Source: Bacteroidales bacterium
GTDB lineage: Bacteria; Bacteroidota; Bacteroidia; Bacteroidales; CAIWKO01
Assembly: GCA_035389045.1 (NCBI GenBank)
Contig: DAOORA010000025.1
Location: 1 to 53,002 of the forward strand
Reading direction: 5' to 3'
Length of the DNA stretch: 53,002 bases
The notes under the pieces are model-generated. The model was not told the origin of the DNA. It did no database searches and worked only from the letters and a program-made list of their open reading frames with translations. This document shows, piece after piece, positions 9,554 through 18,146 of the stretch. The stretch's first letter is position 1. Every line of letters starts with the position of its first letter. A program made the position numbers and the translations under genes.

Positions 9554-9664
9554 TGAGCATTCCGCAGCAAACTATGCCACTTTTGGAAAAAGTCGAGCTA
9601 AAAAGATGTAAAAATTCCTAAAAGTTTCTGTTTTCGCAAAGTTTTAGGAAAATTGTTATTTTTG
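9554..9664 (+). repeat. direct-repeat module 3: TG-initiated IS21-like end repeat, palindrome and TATTTTTG promoter
   Basis: TGAGCATTCCGCAGCAAACTATGCCACTTTT ... AAAATTCCTAAAAGTTTCTGTTTTCGCAAAGTTTTAGGAA; TAnnTTTG at 9657-9664. Confidence 0.8.
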
Positions 9665-9737
9665 AATAAAAAAGGTTGAGATAATTTTCCTGACACATGC
9701 GGAAAGGCGCATGTTATAATTGTTATTCAAGGATACT

Positions 9738-10355
9738 ATGTTTAAAAAACTCATAGACAAAAATTTCAGAAAACCGCGTGGCCTGATCGGACGGTATATC
9801 ATCAGATTTCTAAGGAAAAATCAAATAGAATATGATGAAATGGATGCTGTACTCAGGCTGAATAAGAACGATATTGTCCTTGAAATTGGCTATGGATTAG
9901 GTAAGGGTATTTATGATTACGCACAAAAGTATGATTGCACTTTTCACGGGATAGATTTTTCACGCTTGATGTATAAGAAAGCACTAAAGTTGAACCATGA
10001 AAATGTCAAACGGGGTAAAGTCATCCTGCAATGTGCCAATTTCGATACTTATACTTACGAAAGTGGTATTTTTGATTGCGTATATTTTTTAAATGTGATA
10101 TACTTCTGGGATGAAATTCAAACCCGGTTGAAGAAAATATACTCCATCCTGAAACCCAAGGGGAAAGTCATCATATTCATGGCAGATGCATCATGTTTTA
10201 AGGATATCAGGCCAACTTCCGGCAAAACGATATTTTACCTTTACGGTATAGATCATGTAATGAAAGAAATGGGGCAGGCAGGATTCAGAAGTATTGAAAC
10301 CATAGAACATACAAAAGAGAAGAACTGTTACTACCTCGTAGGATATAAATATTAA
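9738..10355 (+). CDS. class I SAM-dependent methyltransferase
   Basis: FRKPRGLIG N-terminus, VLEIGYGLG motif I, GIDFS, NVIYFW, LKPKG; ATG at 9738 preferred over TTG at 9720. Confidence 0.88.
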   Translation: MFKKLIDKNFRKPRGLIGRYIIRFLRKNQIEYDEMDAVLRLNKNDIVLEIGYGLGKGIYDYAQKYDCTFHGIDFSRLMYKKALKLNHENVKRGKVILQCANFDTYTYESGIFDCVYFLNVIYFWDEIQTRLKKIYSILKPKGKVIIFMADASCFKDIRPTSGKTIFYLYGIDHVMKEMGQAGFRSIETIEHTKEKNCYYLVGYKY

Positions 10356-10384
10356 AAGGACTCACATTTAAAAACCAAAACAAG

Positions 10385-11749
10385 ATGATTACAAGATTAA
10401 CTGGTTTCTTTTGCGGGCTGCTTGCAATCACTACACTACAAGCTCAGCATTACCAGATCAGCTTTACTGCTGCAGGTGCAAGTAATGCTATAGACTCTGT
10501 AAGAGTCGAAAACCTGACACAATGTACCGTAACTTATGTTGGCGGAGAAGATATATTATATCTTGAGTCACAATCAGGGATAGGGGAAATGCTTAACCGA
10601 ACAGATAACTCATGGTCTGTTTTTCCGAATCCGCATGAAAATTATTGTAATATTGAGTTTGAGGTTACTGTTTCCGGGATGGTATCCATCGAAGTATCTG
10701 ACATGAAAGGGAACGTAATGCTGCGATCAGGAAGTTATTTGCAGCATGGTAAACATAACTATTTGCTGAGCGGAATGAGCAGCGGGGTTTATGCCATTCA
10801 AATAAAAACTGAAGAATGCCTCTATGTCGGGAAGATATTGAATATTGGCGCAAGCGGAACAACACCCTGTATCAGCTATCAGGGTTTTGTAGATGTTCAA
10901 AATGAGGTTGAAGAGCATAAACCCGGGAACGATAAGGACGATGCCGGGAACATGGCCTCTGCCATACACATGCAATACAACTCAGGAGACCTGCTGAAAC
11001 TGACCGGCATATCGGGAATTTACCGGACGGTATTTATGCTGGTTCCTGCGTCCGACCAGACGGTGAGCTTTACCTTTATTCCCTGTACCGATGATGATGG
11101 AAATAATTATGCTGTGGTGAAGATAGGAGATCAATGGTGGATGGCGGAGAATTTGAATTCCGGCACTTTTGCAGGCATTACCAGTCCCCAGGTTTCGGGA
11201 ACGAAATTTTGTATGGATAGTAACGGACAAGAGGATCCATCGTGTCCTATGGGAGGTTTGTACGAATGGGACAATCTCATGCAGGGTGCAGGCTTTTGCA
11301 ACGGTACCGGGGCATACCCCAACGACAGGTGCAGTACTCCGGTTCAGGGACTGTGTCCGGATGGATGGCATATCCCCTCCCATTTTGAATGGAATACACT
11401 GTCGGCCAATTCAGGTGATAGCCCTCAGGATTTTCCATATAATATGGCTTTGGGTGTTTATGGAGTTGTAGAAGGTGGCAACCTGAAAAAAAAGTGTACA
11501 TCAGACTGGTGGAATCCTAACTTTGGCGCAACGGATAAAACAGGTTTTGGTGCCGTTCCGGGAGGAGATACATGGGCGGGTGTATATGAAGATTTCGGAC
11601 AAAGTGCATACTTCTGGACCAGCACGGCAACAGATTATTTCATTTATTATACCCCCTGGGTTTATGCACTTAATTATTCTATTTCTGCTATCGGGCGCTC
11701 TGAATATGTGAAAGAAAATGGTTTTAGCTGTCGTTGTGTTAAAGACTGA
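10385..11749 (+). CDS. secreted FISUMP (Fibrobacter succinogenes major paralogous) domain protein
   Basis: Signal peptide; internal T9SS-CTD-like segment (VFPNP...SGVYAIQI); C-terminal DDDGNNYAVVKIGDQWWMAENL, GGLYEW, CPDGWHIPS, GFGAVPGG, FWTST, GFSCRCVKD. Confidence 0.88.
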   Translation: MITRLTGFFCGLLAITTLQAQHYQISFTAAGASNAIDSVRVENLTQCTVTYVGGEDILYLESQSGIGEMLNRTDNSWSVFPNPHENYCNIEFEVTVSGMVSIEVSDMKGNVMLRSGSYLQHGKHNYLLSGMSSGVYAIQIKTEECLYVGKILNIGASGTTPCISYQGFVDVQNEVEEHKPGNDKDDAGNMASAIHMQYNSGDLLKLTGISGIYRTVFMLVPASDQTVSFTFIPCTDDDGNNYAVVKIGDQWWMAENLNSGTFAGITSPQVSGTKFCMDSNGQEDPSCPMGGLYEWDNLMQGAGFCNGTGAYPNDRCSTPVQGLCPDGWHIPSHFEWNTLSANSGDSPQDFPYNMALGVYGVVEGGNLKKKCTSDWWNPNFGATDKTGFGAVPGGDTWAGVYEDFGQSAYFWTSTATDYFIYYTPWVYALNYSISAIGRSEYVKENGFSCRCVKD

Positions 11750-11891
11750 ATTGTAATTAGAAAAAAGAGCTATCCATAACATACATATTAATATCTGTAA
11801 AGTACATCAGCTGCGGCGGATATCTTTTTTGTCTCAGGAAGGTAAATGTTCAGCAAAACCTTTAGCAGAAAAGAGCTTATTCAAAAGTCCG

Positions 11892-12105
11892 TTGTGCGCC
11901 TTAGTGGTAAAAAAACTCAACCACGAAGTCGCACGAAGGAAATTCACGAAGGACACAAAGGAAAAAAAATTAAACATCAAAAAATGGTTCGTATCAATCT
12001 TTGCGCGCCTTAGTGTTATCCTTTGCGCGCCTTAGTGGTAAAAAAACTTAACCACGAAGTCGCACGAAGGAAATTCACGAAGGGACACGAAGGAAAAATT
12101 AAAAA
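11892..12105. repeat. ~1.6 copies of a 131-bp hairpin repeat unit (ACCACGAAG.../...CTTAGTGGT family)
   Basis: AACCACGAAGTCGCACGAAGGAAATTCACGAAGG at 11919 and 12050; GCGCCTTAGTGGTAAAAAAA precedes each; same family as 42762-43450. Confidence 0.9.
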
Positions 12106-12837
12106 TTACCCTTCAAACGTCACCGAAAGCTGGAAAATCTTTGAATTGAGGCGTTTTACGCTATTCGTATAAATGGTATTTTCTTTGATCAGCAGGTCGC
12201 GCAGCCCGTACGACATCTTGAGTTCAATACCGAATTTAAAATACGGAAGAAAAAAGTCAAAGCCTGTGCCGGCATCCATCATATAATCATTTCGGGCAAG
12301 TTTTATCGGGGCTTCGCCTTCCTTGTTCTTTTTCTTGGCCTGCGAGGCCATGTCGATGCTGTATTTCGCCCCGCCGATAATATAAGCCCTGAAGTTGCCT
12401 ATGCGCTTCGACTGGTATTTGATATAGATCGGAAATATCATGAAGGTCGATTCTATCTTTTTATTTTGGGTAAAAGGTATAGAATCGTGGTATAAGAAAT
12501 TGTATTCTACATTGCGGTTGCCAAACGAAAGCGTGGGAACAAAGCGTAGGCTGAGGTATTTGGTCAGTTTCAGGCTCGATACGATACCGATATCAAAACC
12601 AAGATCTGGCTTTGTGGTTACGTTGGTAAGAGAATCGAAGGGCGTGAGGTCATCCACCGTTTTAATGGCAAAGTTCATCTGGTTCATACCCAGAAGAAAA
12701 CCAAAATGATACCGCCTGTTGTCGAATTTCGGCAGGTTTTCGATCACCACCTTGCGGTGACGCTGTGCAAAACCTGAGAAACCGGAAGCTGCCAGAATAA
12801 AAAACAGGCAAAAGAAAGTTGTGATTGTTTTTTTCAA
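12106..12837 (-). CDS. porT: PorT family type IX secretion outer-membrane beta-barrel protein
   Basis: NLPKFDNRRYHFGFLLG, LRFVPTLSFG, PIYIKYQSKRIGNFRAY, YFKFGIELK, C-terminal VTFEG; adjacent to ubiE as is usual in Bacteroidota. Confidence 0.88.
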   Translation of the reverse strand: MKKTITTFFCLFFILAASGFSGFAQRHRKVVIENLPKFDNRRYHFGFLLGMNQMNFAIKTVDDLTPFDSLTNVTTKPDLGFDIGIVSSLKLTKYLSLRFVPTLSFGNRNVEYNFLYHDSIPFTQNKKIESTFMIFPIYIKYQSKRIGNFRAYIIGGAKYSIDMASQAKKKNKEGEAPIKLARNDYMMDAGTGFDFFLPYFKFGIELKMSYGLRDLLIKENTIYTNSVKRLNSKIFQLSVTFEG

Positions 12838-12883
12838 AGCGTGTTTTTGAACTTTATATAACGCAGTTTGTTAAAAAGTATTG

Positions 12884-12891
12884 CAAAATTA
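12884..12891 (-). promoter_or_regulatory. -7 element TAATTTTG upstream of porT
   Basis: TAnnTTTG match 46 nt upstream of the start. Confidence 0.45.
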
Positions 12892-12899
12892 AGATTTTT

Positions 12900-13610
12900 T
12901 TATTTCTCAGCGGTGTATATGCTGGAAATACCTCCGCTGAGGCGTATCTGCCTTACATTGCGATAACCGGCATCCTGCAGTATATTTAAAAAATGATTTC
13001 CTTCCGGAAAGTTTACTACGCTGTTATACAGATATTTGTAAGCAGATTTATTCCCCGAAATGATCCGTCCGGCTACCGGCAGGTATAGTTTAAAGTATAT
13101 ATTATAAAGGATTTTAAAGAACCCTTGTGGTTTTGAAAATTCAATGATGTAAATTCTTTTTCCGGATCTGGCCACGCGAAGCATTTCTTTCAGCCCGGCG
13201 GTTAAATCCTCAAAGTTGCGCACCCCAAAAGCCACCATCACCGCATCGAAAACATGGTCGTCGAAGGGCAGTTTTTCAACAGGCGCCTTAAGCAATTCAA
13301 TTTGTTTTTCAAGATCTGATTTGCGGACTTTTACCCGGCCAGTTTCAAGCATTTTTTCAGAAATATCAATTCCGACAACATGGCTTCCGGTAATTTTTTG
13401 GGCTGCCATGATGGCAAGATCGGCTGTGCCTGTGGCAACATCCAGCAGGTGCCCGGGATTTTCCTTCTTCAACAGGCCGATCAGTTTTTTTCTCCATAAC
13501 CTGTCAATATTGAACGAAAGAAAATGATTCAGAAAATCATATCCGGGTGCGATATCGTCGAACATTTTTCCGATATCTTCGTGTTTCTTATCTTTCAGCA
13601 AAGCATCCAT
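12900..13610 (-). CDS. ubiE: demethylmenaquinone/ubiquinone methyltransferase UbiE/MenG
   Basis: MFDDIAPGYDFLNHFLSFNIDRLWR, LDVATGTADLA, AFGVRNF, EFSKP, AYKYL. Confidence 0.93.
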   Translation of the reverse strand: MDALLKDKKHEDIGKMFDDIAPGYDFLNHFLSFNIDRLWRKKLIGLLKKENPGHLLDVATGTADLAIMAAQKITGSHVVGIDISEKMLETGRVKVRKSDLEKQIELLKAPVEKLPFDDHVFDAVMVAFGVRNFEDLTAGLKEMLRVARSGKRIYIIEFSKPQGFFKILYNIYFKLYLPVAGRIISGNKSAYKYLYNSVVNFPEGNHFLNILQDAGYRNVRQIRLSGGISSIYTAEK

Positions 13611-13627
13611 GAAGAAAAACCGGAGGT

Positions 13628-14644
13628 CTATATAAGACTCAGCAGTTCTTTTAAAAGGTTTTCTTTATTTACCGGGACAACACCAGGCTCTTCGCAAACC
13701 ATGCCTCCGGCAGTATTGGCAATGTATGCCGTATCGTAAAACGGAAGATTCAGTGCCGTACAAAGCGCCGCAACCGAAATAACCGTATCCCCGGCTCCAG
13801 AAACATCCGATACATTACGCACCCTCGACGGTATCAGCACGCCTTCAGCAGCACCGGTCTTCGTATGTGATGAAATGAAAATACCCAGCTCGGACAGGGT
13901 GAGCATCATTTTTTGAATATTCTGATGATGCTGGAAGCCGGAACATATTTTCAGCAGATCTTCGGGCTGCCTGTGAATATTATCTATTTTCAGTCCGTCG
14001 CAAAGCTCTTTGTAGTTGGGTTTAAACAACTCAATATTTTTATAATACTGGAAATTTTTCTTTTTGGGGTCAGCGACGACAGGGATCTTCAACTTCTCTG
14101 CCAGTTCAACGATCCAGGTTATCAATACCTGGTTGATTACACCCTTGTCGTAATCTTCAAATAAAATAACGCCGGGTTTTTCAGCTTGAATAATACGTTC
14201 TATGTGGAGGTAAAAATCGCGGGTTTCTTCCTGGTCGAGCGGATACACCATCTCTTCGTCTACCCTTAGCATCTGGAAATTGTTGCCGATGATCCTGAAT
14301 TTTGTGGTGGTAATGCGTTTTTCGCTGCGGAGAATACCTGAAAAACTGATGTCGTTTTTTTGCAGCAGTTGGTTGAAGTCATCGCCTTTCTGATCTCTTC
14401 CGTTGATGCTGCAGAGCAGTGGAGTGGCGCCAAGCGAACGTATGTTCAGAGCCACATTGGCTGCTCCGCCCAGACGGTTTTCGCGCCGCGTGACAGAAAC
14501 AACAGGAACAGGAGCCTCCGGAGAGATGCGGTCTACTTTTCCCCAGATATAGGAATCCAGCATCACGTCACCGATAACAAGAACTTTCAGGCCGCAGAAA
14601 TCCCTAAAGATTTTTTCAATGGCGGATTTGTCTAATGTCAGCAT
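13628..14644 (-). CDS. D-glycero-beta-D-manno-heptose-7-phosphate kinase (stand-alone RfaE1/HldA-type PfkB kinase)
   Basis: VIGDVMLDSY.WG.V.RISPEAPVPV, GGAANVALN, DYDKG, DPK, KPN..E, DVSGAGDTV. Confidence 0.88.
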   Translation of the reverse strand: MLTLDKSAIEKIFRDFCGLKVLVIGDVMLDSYIWGKVDRISPEAPVPVVSVTRRENRLGGAANVALNIRSLGATPLLCSINGRDQKGDDFNQLLQKNDISFSGILRSEKRITTTKFRIIGNNFQMLRVDEEMVYPLDQEETRDFYLHIERIIQAEKPGVILFEDYDKGVINQVLITWIVELAEKLKIPVVADPKKKNFQYYKNIELFKPNYKELCDGLKIDNIHRQPEDLLKICSGFQHHQNIQKMMLTLSELGIFISSHTKTGAAEGVLIPSRVRNVSDVSGAGDTVISVAALCTALNLPFYDTAYIANTAGGMVCEEPGVVPVNKENLLKELLSLI

Positions 14645-15297
14645 CAGTCACCGGGTTTTAAATGTGCATATTCGGTTTTCAGAAAATCGGTTTCGTTACC
14701 GAAGATAAATTTTACAGTGAACGTAGAATTTTCATTCTGGCTTATTTGTAAGCTACTCCGGCCTGTTTCTCTGTCATCGGATGAATACAGCGCCAGATGC
14801 AGTGTCCCCTGGAATTTCCGGGAGAAATTAATATTCAGGGGTATCGTCTTTTTTTTACTGCCGGTATCTGTATAAACATCAATTTTGTTAACGATGATCC
14901 CCATATCTGCCAGTTCAGGCGCCGGGATTATCTTGATATGGATCAGGCTTTTATCTGTATCCTTTATGAATCCCGTGATATAATTTTCGTTTTCGGTAAC
15001 TGTGTCATCCTCATTATATGTCGTGTCATATGGGTTATATGTATCTTCATATTCCGGCAAAGCGCTGTCATTATCAAATTGGTAGGAACGGTCGCATTTC
15101 AAATTGTCTGCAGTATTTCCGATAAGATAAATCAATCCGGCAATACAGAAGATAACCGCAACAACCGTAAGCAGTATGCCCGGAACCCATTTGGAGGCTT
15201 TTTTCTGGATGATCCCCAGGATGATCAGCAAAAGGCCCAGTCCGGTCAATGCTATTGCTGAGATTAAAAATAAACCCCATAACCAGGTAGCAGTCAT
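14644..15297 (-). CDS. hypothetical membrane protein (two N-terminal TM helices + soluble domain)
   Basis: 217 aa ORF; its stop overlaps the downstream start (TGATG); hydrophobic N-terminus. Confidence 0.7.
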   Translation of the reverse strand: MTATWLWGLFLISAIALTGLGLLLIILGIIQKKASKWVPGILLTVVAVIFCIAGLIYLIGNTADNLKCDRSYQFDNDSALPEYEDTYNPYDTTYNEDDTVTENENYITGFIKDTDKSLIHIKIIPAPELADMGIIVNKIDVYTDTGSKKKTIPLNINFSRKFQGTLHLALYSSDDRETGRSSLQISQNENSTFTVKFIFGNETDFLKTEYAHLKPGD

Positions 15298-15302
15298 AAT
15301 GA

Positions 15303-16505
15303 TTATTTTAGGTTGCTTAAAGCTTCTTTCAGTCTTGTTACCGCAGTGATAATTTTTTCTTTGGAGGTGGCATAGGAGAACCGCAGGCAGTCGGGATCGC
15401 CGAAAGCGGCTCCCGAAACCAGGGCAATATGTGCTTTGTTGAGCAGGTACATGCTCAGGTCTTCGCAGTTGTTTATCAGCGTTTCACCATCTTTTTTCCC
15501 GAAATAATAGTTTACATCCATAAAAACATAAAAAGCGCCGTCGGGTTTGTTGGTAATGACGCCCGGCACGTCTTTGAGCAATCCGAGCAGCAGGTCGCGC
15601 CTTTCGTGGAACGCATCGAGCATCATTTTGAACTCGGGAGTGAGTTTGGGATCCATATCGATAGCGGAGAATGCAGCTTTCTGGGCAATGGAGCATGCGC
15701 CCGAGGTTACCTGTCCCTGGAGTTTATTGCAGGCTTTGGCGATAGGCGCCGGCGCGGCAATATAGCCGATACGCCAGCCGGTCATGGCATAACCCTTGGA
15801 AACACCGTTGATCAGAACGACCTGGTCTTTTATATCATCAAACTGGGCAATACTCTCATGTTTCCCCAGGAAATTGATGTATTCGTATATTTCATCTGAG
15901 ATGATAAAAATATTTTTATGACGGGCAAAAACATCGGCAAAGGCACGGAGTTCATCTTTTGTGTATACCGTTCCTGTGGGGTTGCAAGGGCTGCTGAAGA
16001 TAAAAACCTTAGTCTTATCGGTTATCGCTGCTTCAATTTGCTGTGGGCTGACTTTGAAATTGGTTTCGATGCTGCCCGGAATAAAAACTGATTTTCCTTC
16101 GGCAAGTTTTACGATTTCTTTGTACGAAACCCAGTAGGGTACAGGTACGATCACCTCGTCGCCCGGGTTGACGAGGGCAAGCATCACGTTGGCGATGGAA
16201 TGTTTGGCCCCGGTGGATACCACGATATGTTCAGGTTTATAGTCAAGGTTGTTATCACGTTTCAGCTTTTTGCAGATAGCCTGCCTTAGTTCGGGATAGC
16301 CAGGCACCGGAGGGTAATGAGAGAAATTTTGGTCAATGGCATCTTTCGCAGCCGTTTTAATAAATTCCGGTGTGTTGAAGTCCGGCTCGCCAATGCTGAG
16401 ATTGATCACGTCAAAACCCTGGGCGCTGAGTTCACGGCTTTTCTGTGTCATGGCAAGGGTTTCAGATTCAGATAAATGGTTGATTCTGTTCGAGAGGTAA
16501 TTCAT
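15303..16505 (-). CDS. aspC: PLP-dependent aminotransferase class I/II (aspartate aminotransferase-like)
   Basis: LSIGEPDF, GAKHS, PYWVSY, SPCNPTG, SDEIYE, NGVSKGYAMTGWRIGY, GAFY, RFSYA. Confidence 0.9.
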   Translation of the reverse strand: MNYLSNRINHLSESETLAMTQKSRELSAQGFDVINLSIGEPDFNTPEFIKTAAKDAIDQNFSHYPPVPGYPELRQAICKKLKRDNNLDYKPEHIVVSTGAKHSIANVMLALVNPGDEVIVPVPYWVSYKEIVKLAEGKSVFIPGSIETNFKVSPQQIEAAITDKTKVFIFSSPCNPTGTVYTKDELRAFADVFARHKNIFIISDEIYEYINFLGKHESIAQFDDIKDQVVLINGVSKGYAMTGWRIGYIAAPAPIAKACNKLQGQVTSGACSIAQKAAFSAIDMDPKLTPEFKMMLDAFHERRDLLLGLLKDVPGVITNKPDGAFYVFMDVNYYFGKKDGETLINNCEDLSMYLLNKAHIALVSGAAFGDPDCLRFSYATSKEKIITAVTRLKEALSNLK

Positions 16506-16536
16506 ATATTTAAAGTTTATGGAAATTATTTTTTTT

Positions 16537-16544
16537 CAAAATTA
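16537..16544 (-). promoter_or_regulatory. -7 element TAATTTTG for the aminotransferase operon
   Basis: TAnnTTTG 31 nt upstream of the ATG. Confidence 0.5.
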
Positions 16545-16657
16545 GTAATTAAATCAATACAACAAGTCTGCATAAACACGGTCAAATCTTTTTGAGCTGC
16601 CAAAATTAAATGAAGATACCTTATTTCGTTTCCCTGCATCTACAATGATGCCCCATT

Positions 16658-16685
16658 AGTTGTGCGAAGTTTGTAACTTCGCACC
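16658..16685 (-). repeat. REP-like hairpin GTGCGAAGTT-ACA-AACTTCGCAC
   Basis: Reverse complement of the copies at 49120, 49150 and 49647, including the AACT tail. Confidence 0.85.
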
Positions 16686-16789
16686 AAATAAAATTTAGTC
16701 TGCGACTAACAGAAAAGATTCATTTAAAAAAGTAAGAAGGTTAAGAAAACGAATCACTGATTAGATATTTTGTGAGGTGCCAAAACTGA

Positions 16790-16948
16790 GAAGCTGTTTT
16801 GATTTTATGTTACATAAGATTTATGATGGATTTTTTAGCGAAACGAGGCAGATTTTGCAGACATAGTTTATCCTATGTCGAAAAATCTAACGAAGTTGCA
16901 GCAAAAAAGACGTATAAAGATATGAAAAGATAAAATCAAAACAATTTC
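16790..16948. mobile_element. 159-bp MITE with 19-bp TIRs and TGA target-site duplication
   Basis: GAAGCTGTTTTGATTTTAT ... ATAAAATCAAAACAATTTC, flanked by TGA on both sides; central GACATAG..CTATGTC hairpin; the left end recurs at 52954-53002. Confidence 0.8.
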
Positions 16949-17095
16949 TGAATAAAGATTCCTTATTCCGCTTCGCTGCTTTGCCCCACGGGATCTAAGT
17001 GTAGGCAGGACGGCGAGGAATCTTATTATTTGTAGAAAGTTTTACATACAACATGCCTGCTAAAACACCGTTAATTCTTAAATCACATTTTGTTG

Positions 17096-17103
17096 TATAT
17101 TTG
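17096..17103 (+). promoter_or_regulatory. -7 element TATATTTG
   Basis: TAnnTTTG 15 nt upstream of the ATG at 17119; supports 17119 as the true start. Confidence 0.6.
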
Positions 17104-17118
17104 CAAAAAAAAATCAGT

Positions 17119-17640
17119 ATGGAAGATTTTCTCGACATCCTTAAATACACCTTGCCTTCGGGTATTGTTTTCGCCACGGCATATTTTGTTTTACGCGCTT
17201 TTTTGCAGAACAGCACGCAGAAAAAACTGCTTGAGCTTAAACTCGGCAACCAGAACGTGATAACGCCCATACGTTTGCAGGCGTATGAAAGAATAACACT
17301 GTTGCTGGAGCGTATTTCGCCGTCGAGCCTGATATTGCGGGTTGCCTCATCCGGCATGTCGGCCGGAGAGCTTCAGGCTGCGCTTGTGCAGAATATCCGC
17401 GATGAATTTGAACATAACCTCTCGCAGCAGATATATATATCGCCGGCGGCATGGGAAATGACACGCAATGCGAAGGAAGAAATGATCAAACTGGTCAACC
17501 TTGCCGCTTCCCGGCTGAACAATGATGCCTCAGCCACCGACCTCGGCTCCATAATTCTTGAACTCGCCATGACACAGGAAAAACTACCCCTGAATACCGC
17601 GATCGATTATATTAAAAAAGAAGTCAGGCAGTTGTATTAA
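17119..17640 (+). CDS. conserved Bacteroidota hypothetical membrane-anchored protein
   Basis: N-terminal TM helix, PIRLQAYERITLLLERISP and EFEHNLSQQIYIS motifs. Confidence 0.8.
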   Translation: MEDFLDILKYTLPSGIVFATAYFVLRAFLQNSTQKKLLELKLGNQNVITPIRLQAYERITLLLERISPSSLILRVASSGMSAGELQAALVQNIRDEFEHNLSQQIYISPAAWEMTRNAKEEMIKLVNLAASRLNNDASATDLGSIILELAMTQEKLPLNTAIDYIKKEVRQLY

Positions 17641-18146
17641 ACGGGTTAATTCACAAGTTGTTTCAACAAATTATTTATTGAATGAGGTGCTTAAAAAATA
17701 GCCCCGGGATTGTTGCCCGTAGGGCATCAATGTCAATAAAAACACCATTATTCATAAGAATATTTCCCGTTAGGGAATTAACGCTATAAAAATAAAACGT
17801 TAATGCCCGATGGGCAACACTTTATCTTGGGGCATATTATTCTTTTGATATTAAAGCCCTACGGGCTATTGATGATATTCTTTATGCGACTAATTCAAAT
17901 TATTTATTTATCTTGGTTTTAAGAGCGACTTTGCAACCTCTTTCCTCTATGTTTCACTAAGGTTCACGAAATACGCATCAGGCTGCACTATGTTGCCTTT
18001 TGCTTTTGCCCTTTGCGCGACTTTGTGGTGTACTTTGCGCGACTTTGTGTTAAAAATTAGCAGCCTCTGAGGATTATGCAAAGCCAGCCTGACGGCCAGG
18101 CATGGTTTAAACAAAGATCCTTTATGTTTGTGAATTAATCCGGTTA
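17638..18146. mobile_element. composite TIR-bounded intergenic element between convergent genes
   Basis: TAAACGGGTTAATTCACAA (17638-17656) versus reverse complement of 18128-18146 (TAACCGGATTAATTCACAA), 17/19 identical. Confidence 0.55.
17715..17866. repeat. REPIN-like nested palindrome
   Basis: Outer pair GCCCGTAGGGC (17715-17725) / GCCCTACGGGC (17856-17866); inner pair TTCCCGTTAGGGAATTAACG (17764-17783) / CGTTAATGCCCGATGGGCAA (17798-17817). Confidence 0.75.

Noticed and set aside
11829..12035. 68-aa ORF (likewise 42623..42871 and 49470..49679)
   Set aside because: Chance reading frames through repeat arrays
10385..12105. Diversity-generating retroelement
   Set aside because: No reverse transcriptase and no second copy of the FISUMP 3' end seen in the window
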